From NCBI GenBank assembly GCA_963769005.1, contig CAVYKC010000003.1, positions 60,559-124,558 of the forward strand: a stretch of 64,000 bases of DNA. Direction: 5' to 3'. The stretch is from an uncultured Actinomycetota bacterium. GTDB taxonomy: Bacteria; Actinomycetota; Actinomycetes; Actinomycetales; Microbacteriaceae. A program made the translations under genes and the position numbers. Below the pieces are notes generated by a model. The model made no database searches. It saw nothing but the letters and a program-made list of their open reading frames with translations, and had not been told where the DNA came from. Positions 10,252 through 19,312 of the stretch are shown piece by piece. Positions within the stretch are counted from its first letter, which is position 1, and the number at the start of each line of letters is the position of its first letter.

Positions 10252-10268
10252 ATACCCCCTAGGGGTAT
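10252..10268. promoter_or_regulatory. CsoR-type operator ATACCCCCTAGGGGTAT
   Basis: ATACCCC-N3-GGGGTAT upstream of copZ; matches C/G-tract architecture of actinobacterial CsoR boxes. Confidence 0.8.
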
Positions 10269-10317
10269 TCCCACTCTCGGCGTCATCGCACTGGCGATCG
10301 GTCTCGCTCTGTGACGC

Positions 10318-10845
10318 TCACCGACGGCTGATCGGGGCGCGGTGACGGCGCACCGCGTCGTAGTTGCCGCACTTCGCTGAGCAGTAGGCCCGCCGCCCGT
10401 TCCGGCTCGTGTCGACGAAGGCGACCGGACACCCGTCGCGCTGGCAGACGCCGAGCCGCGCCCCCTCGGACTCCACTGCGAACAGCGCGAGTCCGCCGGC
10501 CGTGACGGCGCGGACGCGCGCCACGACGTCTTGAGCGTCGGAGGCGAAGTGCAGATGCGGCCGGAGTCCGTCATGCGTCGTCAGGTACGGAAGGGCCGTA
10601 CCTAATACCAGGAGCTGGTTGATCCTCTCGCATCGCAGGTCGACGGTCTGGGCACGGAACACCGGATCCAGACGGTCGGCCCACTGCCCGAGCAGTTCGG
10701 CGGAGCGGGCGTCGAGATCGCCGCGGCGGATCTGGTGCGCGGACAGGACGTCAGCTGCGCCGCCGACACTCCACCCCTCCCCCCGCAGGGTCACGAGATC
10801 CGCGGCGAGCAGGGGGCCGGTCATGTTGTCATGGTTGAACTGCAC
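10318..10845 (-). CDS. CGNR zinc-finger (ABATE) domain protein
   Basis: LHFA, CQRDGC..FVDTSRNGRRAYCSAKCGN. Confidence 0.88.
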   Translation of the reverse strand: MQFNHDNMTGPLLAADLVTLRGEGWSVGGAADVLSAHQIRRGDLDARSAELLGQWADRLDPVFRAQTVDLRCERINQLLVLGTALPYLTTHDGLRPHLHFASDAQDVVARVRAVTAGGLALFAVESEGARLGVCQRDGCPVAFVDTSRNGRRAYCSAKCGNYDAVRRHRAPISRR

Positions 10846-10870
10846 TGACCCATTGCATCACGGTTGAGGA

Positions 10871-11800
10871 ATGGATGTCATCAGCAACGGGATCACGCCG
10901 ATCGTTCTGCTCCTCGGGGGTGGTCTCCTCGTCCGGCGACGGTTCCTCACCGATGAGAGGTTCTGGGCCGGCCTGTCGTGGATGAGCTACTGGGTGTTCA
11001 CCCCGGCCCTCTTCATCACGTCGATCGGCGAGGCCGATCTCGGCGTCGTGGCACCGGGTCCGCTCCTCCTGAGCGTGGCGATCCCGATCCTTCTCGTGGC
11101 CGCGCTGGCGTTCGGGGCCGCGCGGCTCACGCGCGCGAACGGACCGCAGCTCACCTCCCTCATGCAGGGGTCGATCCGGATCAACACGTACATCGGGCTC
11201 GTCTTCGCATCTGCGTTGCACGGCCAGGCCGGCGTCGCGACGTTCGCCCTTGCCAGCGCGATCGTCGTGCCCCTCGTCAATCTGGTCTGCGTCACCACAC
11301 TCTCCATCCACGGTGCGGCCGACGCACCCCGCCCGCCCTCCTCCCTCTGGCGTGACCTGGCGACGAACCCGCTCATCCTGGCGTGCGCGGTCGGCCTGCT
11401 GATCAACGTCACCGACATCCGCATGCCCGGATTCCTGCAGACATCGCTCGAGATGGTGGCGTCTCCCGCTCTCGTCGCCGGCACTCTCATCGCCGGCGCG
11501 GCTCTCCGCTTCACCTTCCGCCTTCGCGACCTTCTCGACATCGGCATCGCCTCGGTGCTGAAGCTCGCCCTGCTGCCCCTCGCCGCCATGTCGATCGCCA
11601 TCGCCGTCGGGACGACGGAGCCGACGCTGACCAGCATCGTTCTCATCACCGCCGTCCCCACGGCGCCGAGCGCCTACATCCTGGCGGCGCGGATGGGCGG
11701 TGACACCCGGCTCATGGCGGCGATCACCGGCGCGCAGACGGTGCTCGCCACCGCCACGATCCCACTCATGCTCCTGCTCTCGGACGCGCTCTCGCGGTGA
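10871..11800 (+). CDS. AEC (auxin efflux carrier) family transporter
   Basis: YWVFTPALF, RINTYIG, KLALLP, VPTAPSAYILAARMGGD. Confidence 0.88.
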   Translation: MDVISNGITPIVLLLGGGLLVRRRFLTDERFWAGLSWMSYWVFTPALFITSIGEADLGVVAPGPLLLSVAIPILLVAALAFGAARLTRANGPQLTSLMQGSIRINTYIGLVFASALHGQAGVATFALASAIVVPLVNLVCVTTLSIHGAADAPRPPSSLWRDLATNPLILACAVGLLINVTDIRMPGFLQTSLEMVASPALVAGTLIAGAALRFTFRLRDLLDIGIASVLKLALLPLAAMSIAIAVGTTEPTLTSIVLITAVPTAPSAYILAARMGGDTRLMAAITGAQTVLATATIPLMLLLSDALSR

Positions 11801-11932
11801 CGGTCGATGCCCTGCCGAGGAGGATGCGGATTGGCGTGAACTCATCGGCAGCGCGCATGCGTGCCAATGGTGATCCGGCGAGTCAGGAGCGATGCTGGAA
11901 TCAACATCCGCTCCCTTCCACCAGGAGGACTC

Positions 11933-12565
11933 ATGTCCGCTCCCCGCCGCGCCCTGATCGTCATCGACCCCCAGCAGGAGTACTTCACCGGCCTGCTGCC
12001 CATCCAGTACCCGCCGCGCGATGAGTCGATCCGGCGGATCGCGGATGCCGTCGACGCCGCAGAGCGCGCAGGCATCCCTGTGGTCATGGTTCAGCACGAT
12101 GCCGGAGACGACGCACCGGTGTTCGGCCCCACGAAGCAGGAGTTCCGGCTGCACGCCTCGCTCGAGGAGCGCGATTCGAGCGCATGGAAGAAGGTCGTCA
12201 AGAACTACAGCTCGATCTTCCCCGGTACCGGCCTCCACGAGTGGCTCCTGGAGAACGACGTCGACACGATCGCCGTGGCGGGCTACATGACGAACAACTG
12301 CGTCATCGCATCCGCCGCCGACGCCGAGACACGTGGCATCACCGTCGAGGTGCTCTCCGACGGGACCGGCGCGATCGACATCGCGAACCAGGCGGGATCG
12401 GCCGACGCCAAGACGGTGCACACGACGCTGATGGCTCTGCTGCACTCGAACTGGGCCGCGGCAGTCCCGACCGCTGCCTGGGTCGTCGCCGTCGAATCCG
12501 GAACCGTCCTCGCCAAGGGCAACCTGCCCGAGTCGGCCGCGGCAGGCGCTGCAGCTCGCTCCTGA
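11933..12565 (+). CDS. Isochorismatase-family cysteine hydrolase
   Basis: ALIVIDPQQEY, VVKNYSSIF, AGYMTNNCV; AGGAGG RBS before 11933. Confidence 0.88.
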   Translation: MSAPRRALIVIDPQQEYFTGLLPIQYPPRDESIRRIADAVDAAERAGIPVVMVQHDAGDDAPVFGPTKQEFRLHASLEERDSSAWKKVVKNYSSIFPGTGLHEWLLENDVDTIAVAGYMTNNCVIASAADAETRGITVEVLSDGTGAIDIANQAGSADAKTVHTTLMALLHSNWAAAVPTAAWVVAVESGTVLAKGNLPESAAAGAAARS

Positions 12566-12725
12566 CACCATTTCGTCGGACTCTGCGGAGATCAACGTTC
12601 CGATCGAATCCGCGGCAGTCGATCTCGCTAGCGTGGAGGGCGTCGGCCGTCAAGTCCCGTGTGCAGGGAGCCGGGAGACCGCATGGTGGGGAAAGCAGCC
12701 GCCACGATGCCGCACAGGAGCCACC

Positions 12726-12803
12726 ATGACTCGACAGACCCCGGCCACCCCCACGATCGTCGCGACTGAAATCGCTCCGCTCCACGAGGCGGCGGTCATA
12801 TGA
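12726..12803 (+). CDS. Putative 25-aa upstream peptide coupled to ybdK
   Basis: AGGAG-N5-ATG; MTRQTPATPTIVATEIAPLHEAAVI; its TGA overlaps ybdK ATG (ATGA). Confidence 0.4.
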   Translation: MTRQTPATPTIVATEIAPLHEAAVI

Positions 12804-13984
12804 GCACGCCTGTCCTGCCCGGTGCAGGGGAACAGGCGAGTCCGAGCAGCAGGGCGACAGGGGACGCGACTGGGACCCGCCTCATCGGAGTCGAGGAGGA
12901 GCTTCTCCTCGTCAGTTCCGAGACGATGCTCCCGGTGCCGTCGTCGACGGACGTGCTCAACGCCCACGCGACCGGAGGACAGACGGCTGAGAAGATCGTG
13001 CTCGAAACAGAGGTGAAGCTCGAGCAGATCGAGGTGGTCAGCCCACCGCTCGCGACGTACCAAGAACTCCTCGACGCCATCAGGAGCGGACGTCGGACGG
13101 CTGATGACGCGGCCCTGGTGATGGGAGCGCGCGCGGTGGCGCTCGGCACGGCCCCCGTGCTGTGCGACTCGCACATCGTGTCCAGCCCCCGATACGACCG
13201 GATGTCCGAGCGTTTCGCGCTGACGATGGCGGAGCAGCTGACGTGCGGATTTCATGTGCACGTCTCGATCGGTTCCCCTGAAGAAGGCGTGGCGGTTCTC
13301 GACCGGATCCGCATCTGGCTGCCGCTGCTGCTGGCACTCAGCGCGAACTCCCCTTTCTGGCGCGGAGTCGACTCCGGGTACGCGAGCTACCGCTACCAGG
13401 CATGGGGACGATGGCCGAGCGCCGGCCCCTACGACCGATTCGGCTCCGCCGCGGCCTACTCCGCCACAATCGGGCAGATGCTCGAGACCGGCGTCTCACT
13501 CGATCCCGGCATGATCTACTTCGACGCTCGACTCTCCATGCATGCGCCGACGGTCGAGATCCGCATCGCCGACATCTGCATGGAGGCGGAGGATGCGGCG
13601 ACCCTCGCCGTGATCACGCGCGCGCTGGTCAGCACGGCGGCCGCAGAATGGCGCGCCGGTGTTCCTGCGCCGGACGTCGCGACGAGCCTGCTGCGTCTGG
13701 CCTCCTGGCGGGCGAGCAGATTCGGCATGAGCGAGAAGCTCCTCGATCCGCCGTCGGGGGCGCCTCGGTCCGCTGCCGAGTGCGCGCGAGCCCTCCTCAC
13801 CCACATCGATGACCACTTCTCGAGCCGCGAAGAAGCCGCTCTCGCCCGCCGCGGCGTGCGAGAGATCATGGCCCGCGGCAACGGCGCGGTGCGGCAGCGG
13901 GCAGTGATGGCGGAGCGCAGCAGTTGGACCGAGATGGTGGCCGATGCCGTCATGCGCACGCACGCGCGCACAGTCGCCCGCTGA
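12800..13984 (+). CDS. ybdK: YbdK-family carboxylate-amine / glutamate-cysteine ligase (GCS2)
   Basis: GVEEELLLV, EQIE, TCGFHVHV, LLALSANSPFW, YFDARLS, TVEIRIAD. Confidence 0.88.
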   Translation: MSTPVLPGAGEQASPSSRATGDATGTRLIGVEEELLLVSSETMLPVPSSTDVLNAHATGGQTAEKIVLETEVKLEQIEVVSPPLATYQELLDAIRSGRRTADDAALVMGARAVALGTAPVLCDSHIVSSPRYDRMSERFALTMAEQLTCGFHVHVSIGSPEEGVAVLDRIRIWLPLLLALSANSPFWRGVDSGYASYRYQAWGRWPSAGPYDRFGSAAAYSATIGQMLETGVSLDPGMIYFDARLSMHAPTVEIRIADICMEAEDAATLAVITRALVSTAAAEWRAGVPAPDVATSLLRLASWRASRFGMSEKLLDPPSGAPRSAAECARALLTHIDDHFSSREEAALARRGVREIMARGNGAVRQRAVMAERSSWTEMVADAVMRTHARTVAR

Positions 13985-14042
13985 GCGCAGGAGAGGACGA
14001 GCGGTGGTCTGGGGCCGCGCTGCCTGACGCTAGTCTCGAGCC

Positions 14043-14357
14043 ATGGGATCCATTCTTTACGGCGGCGCGACCGACCCCATCCATATCGAAGACCGTGCGC
14101 TGGCACACCTGAAGATCGTCATCGCCACGAAGCTGCGGCGCAACGAGAGCTTCACGCTTTCCTGGCGTCACCCCGACGACGAACCGTCGGGACGTTCGAT
14201 GATCTGGCTGCACCCGTCGATCCCGTTGCGCTTCACGTTCGACGAACCGGAGCCTCCGAAACTGAACGCCCGATGGATCGAAGAGCTGATGCACTCGGCG
14301 AACTCGACCGGCGGCATCTCCCTCGTCGACGAAGTGATCGACACCCCCGAGTCGTAG
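14043..14357 (+). CDS. Conserved small Microbacteriaceae protein (recalled as DUF7882-like)
   Basis: IEDRALAHLKIVIATKLRRNESFTLSW...IWLHPSIPLRF; TAGTCT-N6-ATG. Confidence 0.75.
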   Translation: MGSILYGGATDPIHIEDRALAHLKIVIATKLRRNESFTLSWRHPDDEPSGRSMIWLHPSIPLRFTFDEPEPPKLNARWIEELMHSANSTGGISLVDEVIDTPES

Positions 14358-14387
14358 ATCGGCTCGGCGCATTCCGGTCCGCTCGAG

Positions 14388-15269
14388 TCACGCGGATTCG
14401 CGGAGCATCTGCGCGTAGCCCTCCCGGAAGGAGGGGAATCGCAGTGAGCCGGCGAAATCCAGCAGCAGGCGTCCGTCGAGCACGGTCCCTCCGCCGGTCT
14501 CCGGTGCGAGACGCGGCGGCGTCTCCACCTCCAGGAGATCGGCGATGAAGGTCACGACCTCGCCCAGCGGCGCCGGCTCCGCATCGACCGCGTGGATGAG
14601 CGTCGGCGGATCCTGCGCCCGGAGCATCGCATGAAGCAGTCCGACCAGATCTTCCTCGTGGATGCGATTGGTCCGTCGTGAATAGTCGACGGGAACATGC
14701 TCTCGGACGCGACGGATCAGCGAATCCCGTCCGGGCCCGTAGATGCCCGCCGGTCTGACCGTGACGGCGTCGAACAGTTCGACGGCCAGCGCCTCACCCT
14801 CCAGGAGCGCACGCGCGCGAGGTCCGATCGGAGCCGCCGCATCCGACTCGGTGAGAGGAACGGCGCCAGCGCGCCCCTCCAGCACCCGTGTCGATGAGAC
14901 GAAGACGACGCGCGATGGGCGTGCGGGCAAGGCCTCAGCCAGGTTGGTCAGCGCCGACGCGTAGATGTCACCCGCACCTCGCGCCTCCGCATCCGCATCC
15001 GCATCCGCATCCGCATCCGCATCCGGCGGCAGAGTGATCACGACCGATTCGCAGGCAGGAAGAGCACGTCGCCGGGCGACACGGATGTCATCGACGATCC
15101 CGGTGAACCCGGCGGGGAGCGCCGCGCTCGTCCGGCGCATCGCGAGCACCTCCACGCCGTCGGCGACGAGGCGCCTGCCGAGTTGGGTCCCGAGTTGTCC
15201 GCATCCCACGAGCAGCGTCCTGCCTGGAGACCTTGGGTCCCTTGCCCGATCCCGCTGCTGCGCATTCAT
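14388..15269 (-). CDS. NAD-dependent epimerase/dehydratase (atypical SDR)
   Basis: LLVGCGQLG, VFVSST, VRPAGIYGPGR, NRIHEEDL; coupled to TetR. Confidence 0.85.
   Translation of the reverse strand: MNAQQRDRARDPRSPGRTLLVGCGQLGTQLGRRLVADGVEVLAMRRTSAALPAGFTGIVDDIRVARRRALPACESVVITLPPDADADADADADAEARGAGDIYASALTNLAEALPARPSRVVFVSSTRVLEGRAGAVPLTESDAAAPIGPRARALLEGEALAVELFDAVTVRPAGIYGPGRDSLIRRVREHVPVDYSRRTNRIHEEDLVGLLHAMLRAQDPPTLIHAVDAEPAPLGEVVTFIADLLEVETPPRLAPETGGGTVLDGRLLLDFAGSLRFPSFREGYAQMLRESA
14986..15025. repeat. Hexamer tandem repeat (TCCGCA)x6.7 encoding (Asp-Ala)n
   Basis: Direct reading; PPDADADADADADAEA in epimerase. Confidence 0.9.
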
Positions 15270-15850
15270 GCGCTCGCCGCGCTCGGGCGGATGAGGTGAT
15301 CGACGAGCCGCCGGAACTCGTCGGCGTCGATCTGGCGACGCGCGAGCACGGGGACGATGATCGCTCCGAGGATCGCCAGACCGAGCTGATCGACCGGAGC
15401 GTCTTCGGCGAGCTGGCCCATCTCGACAGCACTGACGAATCGGTGCGAGAGCTTCTGGTCGGCCCCGAGGGCTGCCGCGAGACGGTCGCCCACGGCGCTG
15501 TCCTCGGCTGCAGCGGCGACCAGGGAGCGCAACAGAGCACCGCCCGCCGGGTCGGCGACGATGGCGATGATCGTTTCGAGCCAGGCGTTCAGATCGCGTC
15601 GGAGATCGCCGGTGTCAGGGAGGTCGATCTCAACCGGGATGAGCCGGCCTTCGATCATGCAGTCCGCGATCAAGGCCCCTCGCGAGCGCCACCACCGGTA
15701 GATGGTCTGCTTTCCGACGCCGGCTTCCTTCGCGATGCCCTCCATCGTCAGGTTGTCGTAACCCTGCTGGGTGAGCAGGCGGGCCGTCGCGTCGAGGATG
15801 GACTCGCGTGCCGCTGCGCTGCGGACCGGTCCGTTCCGATGTTCGCTCAT
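15266..15850 (-). CDS. TetR family regulator
   Basis: LTMEGIAKEAGVGKQTIYRWW. Confidence 0.92.
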   Translation of the reverse strand: MSEHRNGPVRSAAARESILDATARLLTQQGYDNLTMEGIAKEAGVGKQTIYRWWRSRGALIADCMIEGRLIPVEIDLPDTGDLRRDLNAWLETIIAIVADPAGGALLRSLVAAAAEDSAVGDRLAAALGADQKLSHRFVSAVEMGQLAEDAPVDQLGLAILGAIIVPVLARRQIDADEFRRLVDHLIRPSAASA

Positions 15851-15874
15851 GATCCACAGCTTATCCTCAGACTC

Positions 15875-15899
15875 TAGACGAGACGTGCCGTATCGTCTA
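15875..15899. promoter_or_regulatory. Probable TetR operator TAGACGA-N11-TCGTCTA
   Basis: Inverted repeat in 81-bp gap between divergent TetR and MMPL. Confidence 0.7.
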
Positions 15900-15931
15900 T
15901 CCCATTCCCCTCTTGAACGGAAGTCCTCCTC

Positions 15932-18418
15932 GTGGCAACTCTGCTCTCTCGCTTGGCCTTGTTCGCAGCTCGACGCGCCTGGGCGGTGATCATCGCATGG
16001 GTCGTGATCCTCGGAGTGTCCATCGGTGCGTTCCTCGCGGCATCCGCTCCCCTCACGAACAGCTTCGACATCCCGGGCACAGCCTCCGGCGCGGTCACCG
16101 ATCAGCTGGCCGAGAAGCTTCCTGACACCGCCGGCGGCACCGGAACGATCGTCTACCGCACCGATGACGGCTCGGCTCTCACCGCCGACCAGCGGAAGCA
16201 GATCTCCGATCTCACCGCGTCGGCCGCCGACCTCGACGGCGTCGCCGCCGTCGTCGATCCCTTCGATGCGCAGCAGTCGCTCGCCGACCAGACGAAGAAG
16301 CTCTCCGATGGGCGTGCCCAGCTTGACTCAGGCGCAGCACAGCTCGCGTCCGGCCAGAAGCAGCTCGATGCCGGTCGGGCGCAGCTCGACGCCGCGCAGC
16401 AGCAACTCACCTCGGCTCGCGAGCAGGCCGTCGCCGCCGGCGCTTCGGCGGACCAGATCGTCGCGATCGACGCCCAACAGGCGCAGCTCGACGCACAGAC
16501 CGCGACCCTGCAGCAGCAGCAGGACACGCTCGACTCCTCGCGCGCCAAGCTCGAGTCCGGCGCCGAACCCCTCGATCTCGGTGAGAAGCTGCTCGGCTTC
16601 GCCGACGGGATCAGCGTGGTCTCGGAAGACGGCTCGACCGCGATCGTGAACATCTCCTTCACACAGCCGCGTCTCGAGCTGAGCACCGAGATGAAGCAGA
16701 GCGTCATCGATCATTTCGAGAAGTCACCCGTCGACGGCACCGAGGTGTCCTTCGCAACCGACCTCGCCCAGGGTGCGCCTCAGTTGTTCGGCGTCGGCGA
16801 GGCTCTCGGTCTCGTTTTCGCCGCAATCGTTCTGATCGTCTTGCTCGGCTCCCTCGTCGCCGCATCGCTCCCGATCGTCACCGCCCTGGTCGGCGTGGGG
16901 GTCGGTGTCACCGCTTCGCTCGCGTTCTCGGGGGTCATCAGCATGGCCTCCCCCACGCCGGTGCTCGGTCTGATGCTGGGCCTCGCCGTCGGCATCGACT
17001 ATGCGCTGTTCATCATCAATCGGCACCGGAAGCAGCTTCTTGCAGGAGTCGGGGTACGTGAGTCGATCGCCCTCGCCAACGGCACTGCCGGTACTGCCGT
17101 CGTTTTCGCCGGTTCGACCGTCGTCGTCGCGCTGCTGGCGCTGAACGTCACGGGCATCCCGTTCCTCGGACTGATGGGTACCGTCGGGGCGGTCTGCGTT
17201 GCGGTCGCTGTGCTCATCGCGATCACGCTCGCACCCGCCATGCTCGCGCTGCTGGGCGAACGGCTGCTCCGCCGCAAGGTCCGAGCGAGCGTCGGTCACC
17301 AGCGCGCCGAGAAGCGCGCACGACCGATGTCGACCGTGCGCGCGATCGTGACGGTCGCCGTGTCAGTCGTCGCTCTGCTGATCATCGCCCTCCCTGCCCT
17401 GTCGATGCGGCTCGGTCTGCCCGATGGCGCCAGCGAGCCGGAAGGATCGACCGCTGCCCACGCATTCCAGATCGTCGGTGAAGAGTTCGGTGCCGGCGCG
17501 AACGGTCCGCTCCTCGTCAGCGCGTCCGCGCCCGGCGGCGTCTCAGACGACAACCTCCTTGCCACCCAGGTCGACATCGCCCGCACACTCGCTGACCAGC
17601 ACGACGTCGTGGCCGTCGCTCCGATCGCGAACTCCGACGACGGCACGCTCCTCGCGTTCCAGGTGCTCCCGAAAGCTGGCCCGAACAGCGCCTCCACAGC
17701 GCAGCTCGTTCAGGATCTCCGCGACCTGCCGCCAGTCGACGGCAAGATCACGCTCGGCGTGGCTGGCCAGGCGGCGACGAACATCGATATCTCCGATGGG
17801 CTCAGTGCTGTGCTGCCGCTGTACCTCGCGGTCGTCGTCGGGCTGTCGCTGCTCATCATGATCGTCGTGTTCCGCTCGATCCTGGTGCCGATCATCGCGA
17901 CGGCCGGGTTCATCCTTTCGCTGTTCGCGACCTACGGCCTGGTCACCGCGGTCTTCCAGTTCGGATGGGGTGCCGACCTGATCGGCCTGCATACGGTCGG
18001 TCCGATCCTCAGCTTCCTTCCCGTCATCCTGGTCGGCATCCTGTTCGGACTCGCGATGGACTATCAGCTGTTCCTCACCTCGGGGATGCGGGAGGCGTAC
18101 GTGCACGGAGCGCATGCGCGCCTCGCCGTCGCGCAGGGCTTCCAGTCCGGGAAGTCCGTCGTCGTCGCGGCGGCGCTGATCATGATCGCGGTGTTCGGTG
18201 GCTTCATCTTCTCGGAATCCACGATCATTCGAGCGATCGGCTTCGGTCTCGCGTTCGGCGTGCTCCTCGATGCGTTCGTCGTGCGAATGCTGCTCATGCC
18301 CGCACTGATGCACCTGCTCGGCCGCTCCGCCTGGTGGCTGCCGCGTAAGCTCGACCGCATCCTGCCCCACGTCGACATCGAGGGCGCCTCACTCGAGCGC
18401 ACGCACCCGCACGCCTGA
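15932..18418 (+). CDS. MMPL (RND) family transporter
   Basis: LGLAVGIDYALF, FGLAMDYQLFL, LDAFVVRMLLMPALMHLLG; Q/A coiled-coil in first loop. Confidence 0.92.
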   Translation: MATLLSRLALFAARRAWAVIIAWVVILGVSIGAFLAASAPLTNSFDIPGTASGAVTDQLAEKLPDTAGGTGTIVYRTDDGSALTADQRKQISDLTASAADLDGVAAVVDPFDAQQSLADQTKKLSDGRAQLDSGAAQLASGQKQLDAGRAQLDAAQQQLTSAREQAVAAGASADQIVAIDAQQAQLDAQTATLQQQQDTLDSSRAKLESGAEPLDLGEKLLGFADGISVVSEDGSTAIVNISFTQPRLELSTEMKQSVIDHFEKSPVDGTEVSFATDLAQGAPQLFGVGEALGLVFAAIVLIVLLGSLVAASLPIVTALVGVGVGVTASLAFSGVISMASPTPVLGLMLGLAVGIDYALFIINRHRKQLLAGVGVRESIALANGTAGTAVVFAGSTVVVALLALNVTGIPFLGLMGTVGAVCVAVAVLIAITLAPAMLALLGERLLRRKVRASVGHQRAEKRARPMSTVRAIVTVAVSVVALLIIALPALSMRLGLPDGASEPEGSTAAHAFQIVGEEFGAGANGPLLVSASAPGGVSDDNLLATQVDIARTLADQHDVVAVAPIANSDDGTLLAFQVLPKAGPNSASTAQLVQDLRDLPPVDGKITLGVAGQAATNIDISDGLSAVLPLYLAVVVGLSLLIMIVVFRSILVPIIATAGFILSLFATYGLVTAVFQFGWGADLIGLHTVGPILSFLPVILVGILFGLAMDYQLFLTSGMREAYVHGAHARLAVAQGFQSGKSVVVAAALIMIAVFGGFIFSESTIIRAIGFGLAFGVLLDAFVVRMLLMPALMHLLGRSAWWLPRKLDRILPHVDIEGASLERTHPHA

Positions 18419-18445
18419 TCAGCAAGAAGAACGCAAGGAGCAACG

Positions 18446-19285
18446 ATGAACACTGCAGTCATCACCGGTGGCGCCGGTGGGATGGGCCTGGCAACTGCGA
18501 AACTACTCGGCCACGACCACCGAATCGTGATCGCCGACCTCGGGCAGGACCGGATCGATGACGCGGTCAAGGAACTGACAGGTCTCGGCATCACGGCGTC
18601 CGGCGTCGTCTGTGACGTCACCGACGACCAGTCGGTCCGCAACCTGATGCAGACCGCCGGGTCTGGCGGGAACCGCGTGCGCACTGTCATTCACACGGCC
18701 GGCGTCAGCCCGCAGATGGGCAAGCCCGATCTGATCGTGCGGATCAACGCGCTCGGCACCGTGAACATCGCGCGCGCGTTCCTCCCTCTCGCACAGGAGG
18801 GCGATGCCCTGGTCAATGTCGCCTCCTACGCGGGTCATGCACTGCCGGCGTTCCTCGTGCCATCGCGCGCCTTCCCGCTCGCGGAGAGCCACCCCGCCCG
18901 GTTCGTGCGCGCCCTGGTGCGTCGGGCCGGCATCGTCGGACGCAAGCAGCACGCCGGATTTGCGTACGCCCTGAGCAAGACGTACGTGATCTGGTACAGC
19001 GCAAGACTGGCCGCGCGCTTCGGAGCACGAGGAGCACGAGTCGTGTCTGTATCGCCCGGAAGCTTCGAAACGGCGATGGGTCGTCTCGAAGCAGATCACG
19101 GCGCCGCAGACCTCCTGAAGGTCGCCGCCCTGAAACGCTTCGGCAAGCCCGAGGAGATCGCTGCGGTCCTCGCCTTCTGCGCCGGCGAGGCGCCCGGATA
19201 CCTCACCGGCACGGACATCCTCGTCGATGGGGGAACTCGCGCCGGGCAACGCAACGGCGGAAAGAGCTCGACGTCGACCGAGTAG
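18446..19285 (+). CDS. Short-chain dehydrogenase/reductase
   Basis: TGGAGGMG, HTAGVSP, YALSK, SVSPG, GYLTGTDILVDGG. Confidence 0.9.
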   Translation: MNTAVITGGAGGMGLATAKLLGHDHRIVIADLGQDRIDDAVKELTGLGITASGVVCDVTDDQSVRNLMQTAGSGGNRVRTVIHTAGVSPQMGKPDLIVRINALGTVNIARAFLPLAQEGDALVNVASYAGHALPAFLVPSRAFPLAESHPARFVRALVRRAGIVGRKQHAGFAYALSKTYVIWYSARLAARFGARGARVVSVSPGSFETAMGRLEADHGAADLLKVAALKRFGKPEEIAAVLAFCAGEAPGYLTGTDILVDGGTRAGQRNGGKSSTSTE

Positions 19286-19312
19286 TCGGCCCCGTCGTCC
19301 GCGCGCACCGCC

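Noticed and set aside
12650-12720. Riboswitch upstream of ybdK (GCCGGGAGACC, GGGGAAAGC fragments)
   Set aside because: Only short fragments resemble cobalamin-riboswitch motifs; I could not build the conserved core. An Rfam search would be needed
16260-16570. Repeats such as CAGCTCGA(C/T)GC in mmpL
   Set aside because: Explained by the Q/A heptad coiled-coil common in MMPL loops
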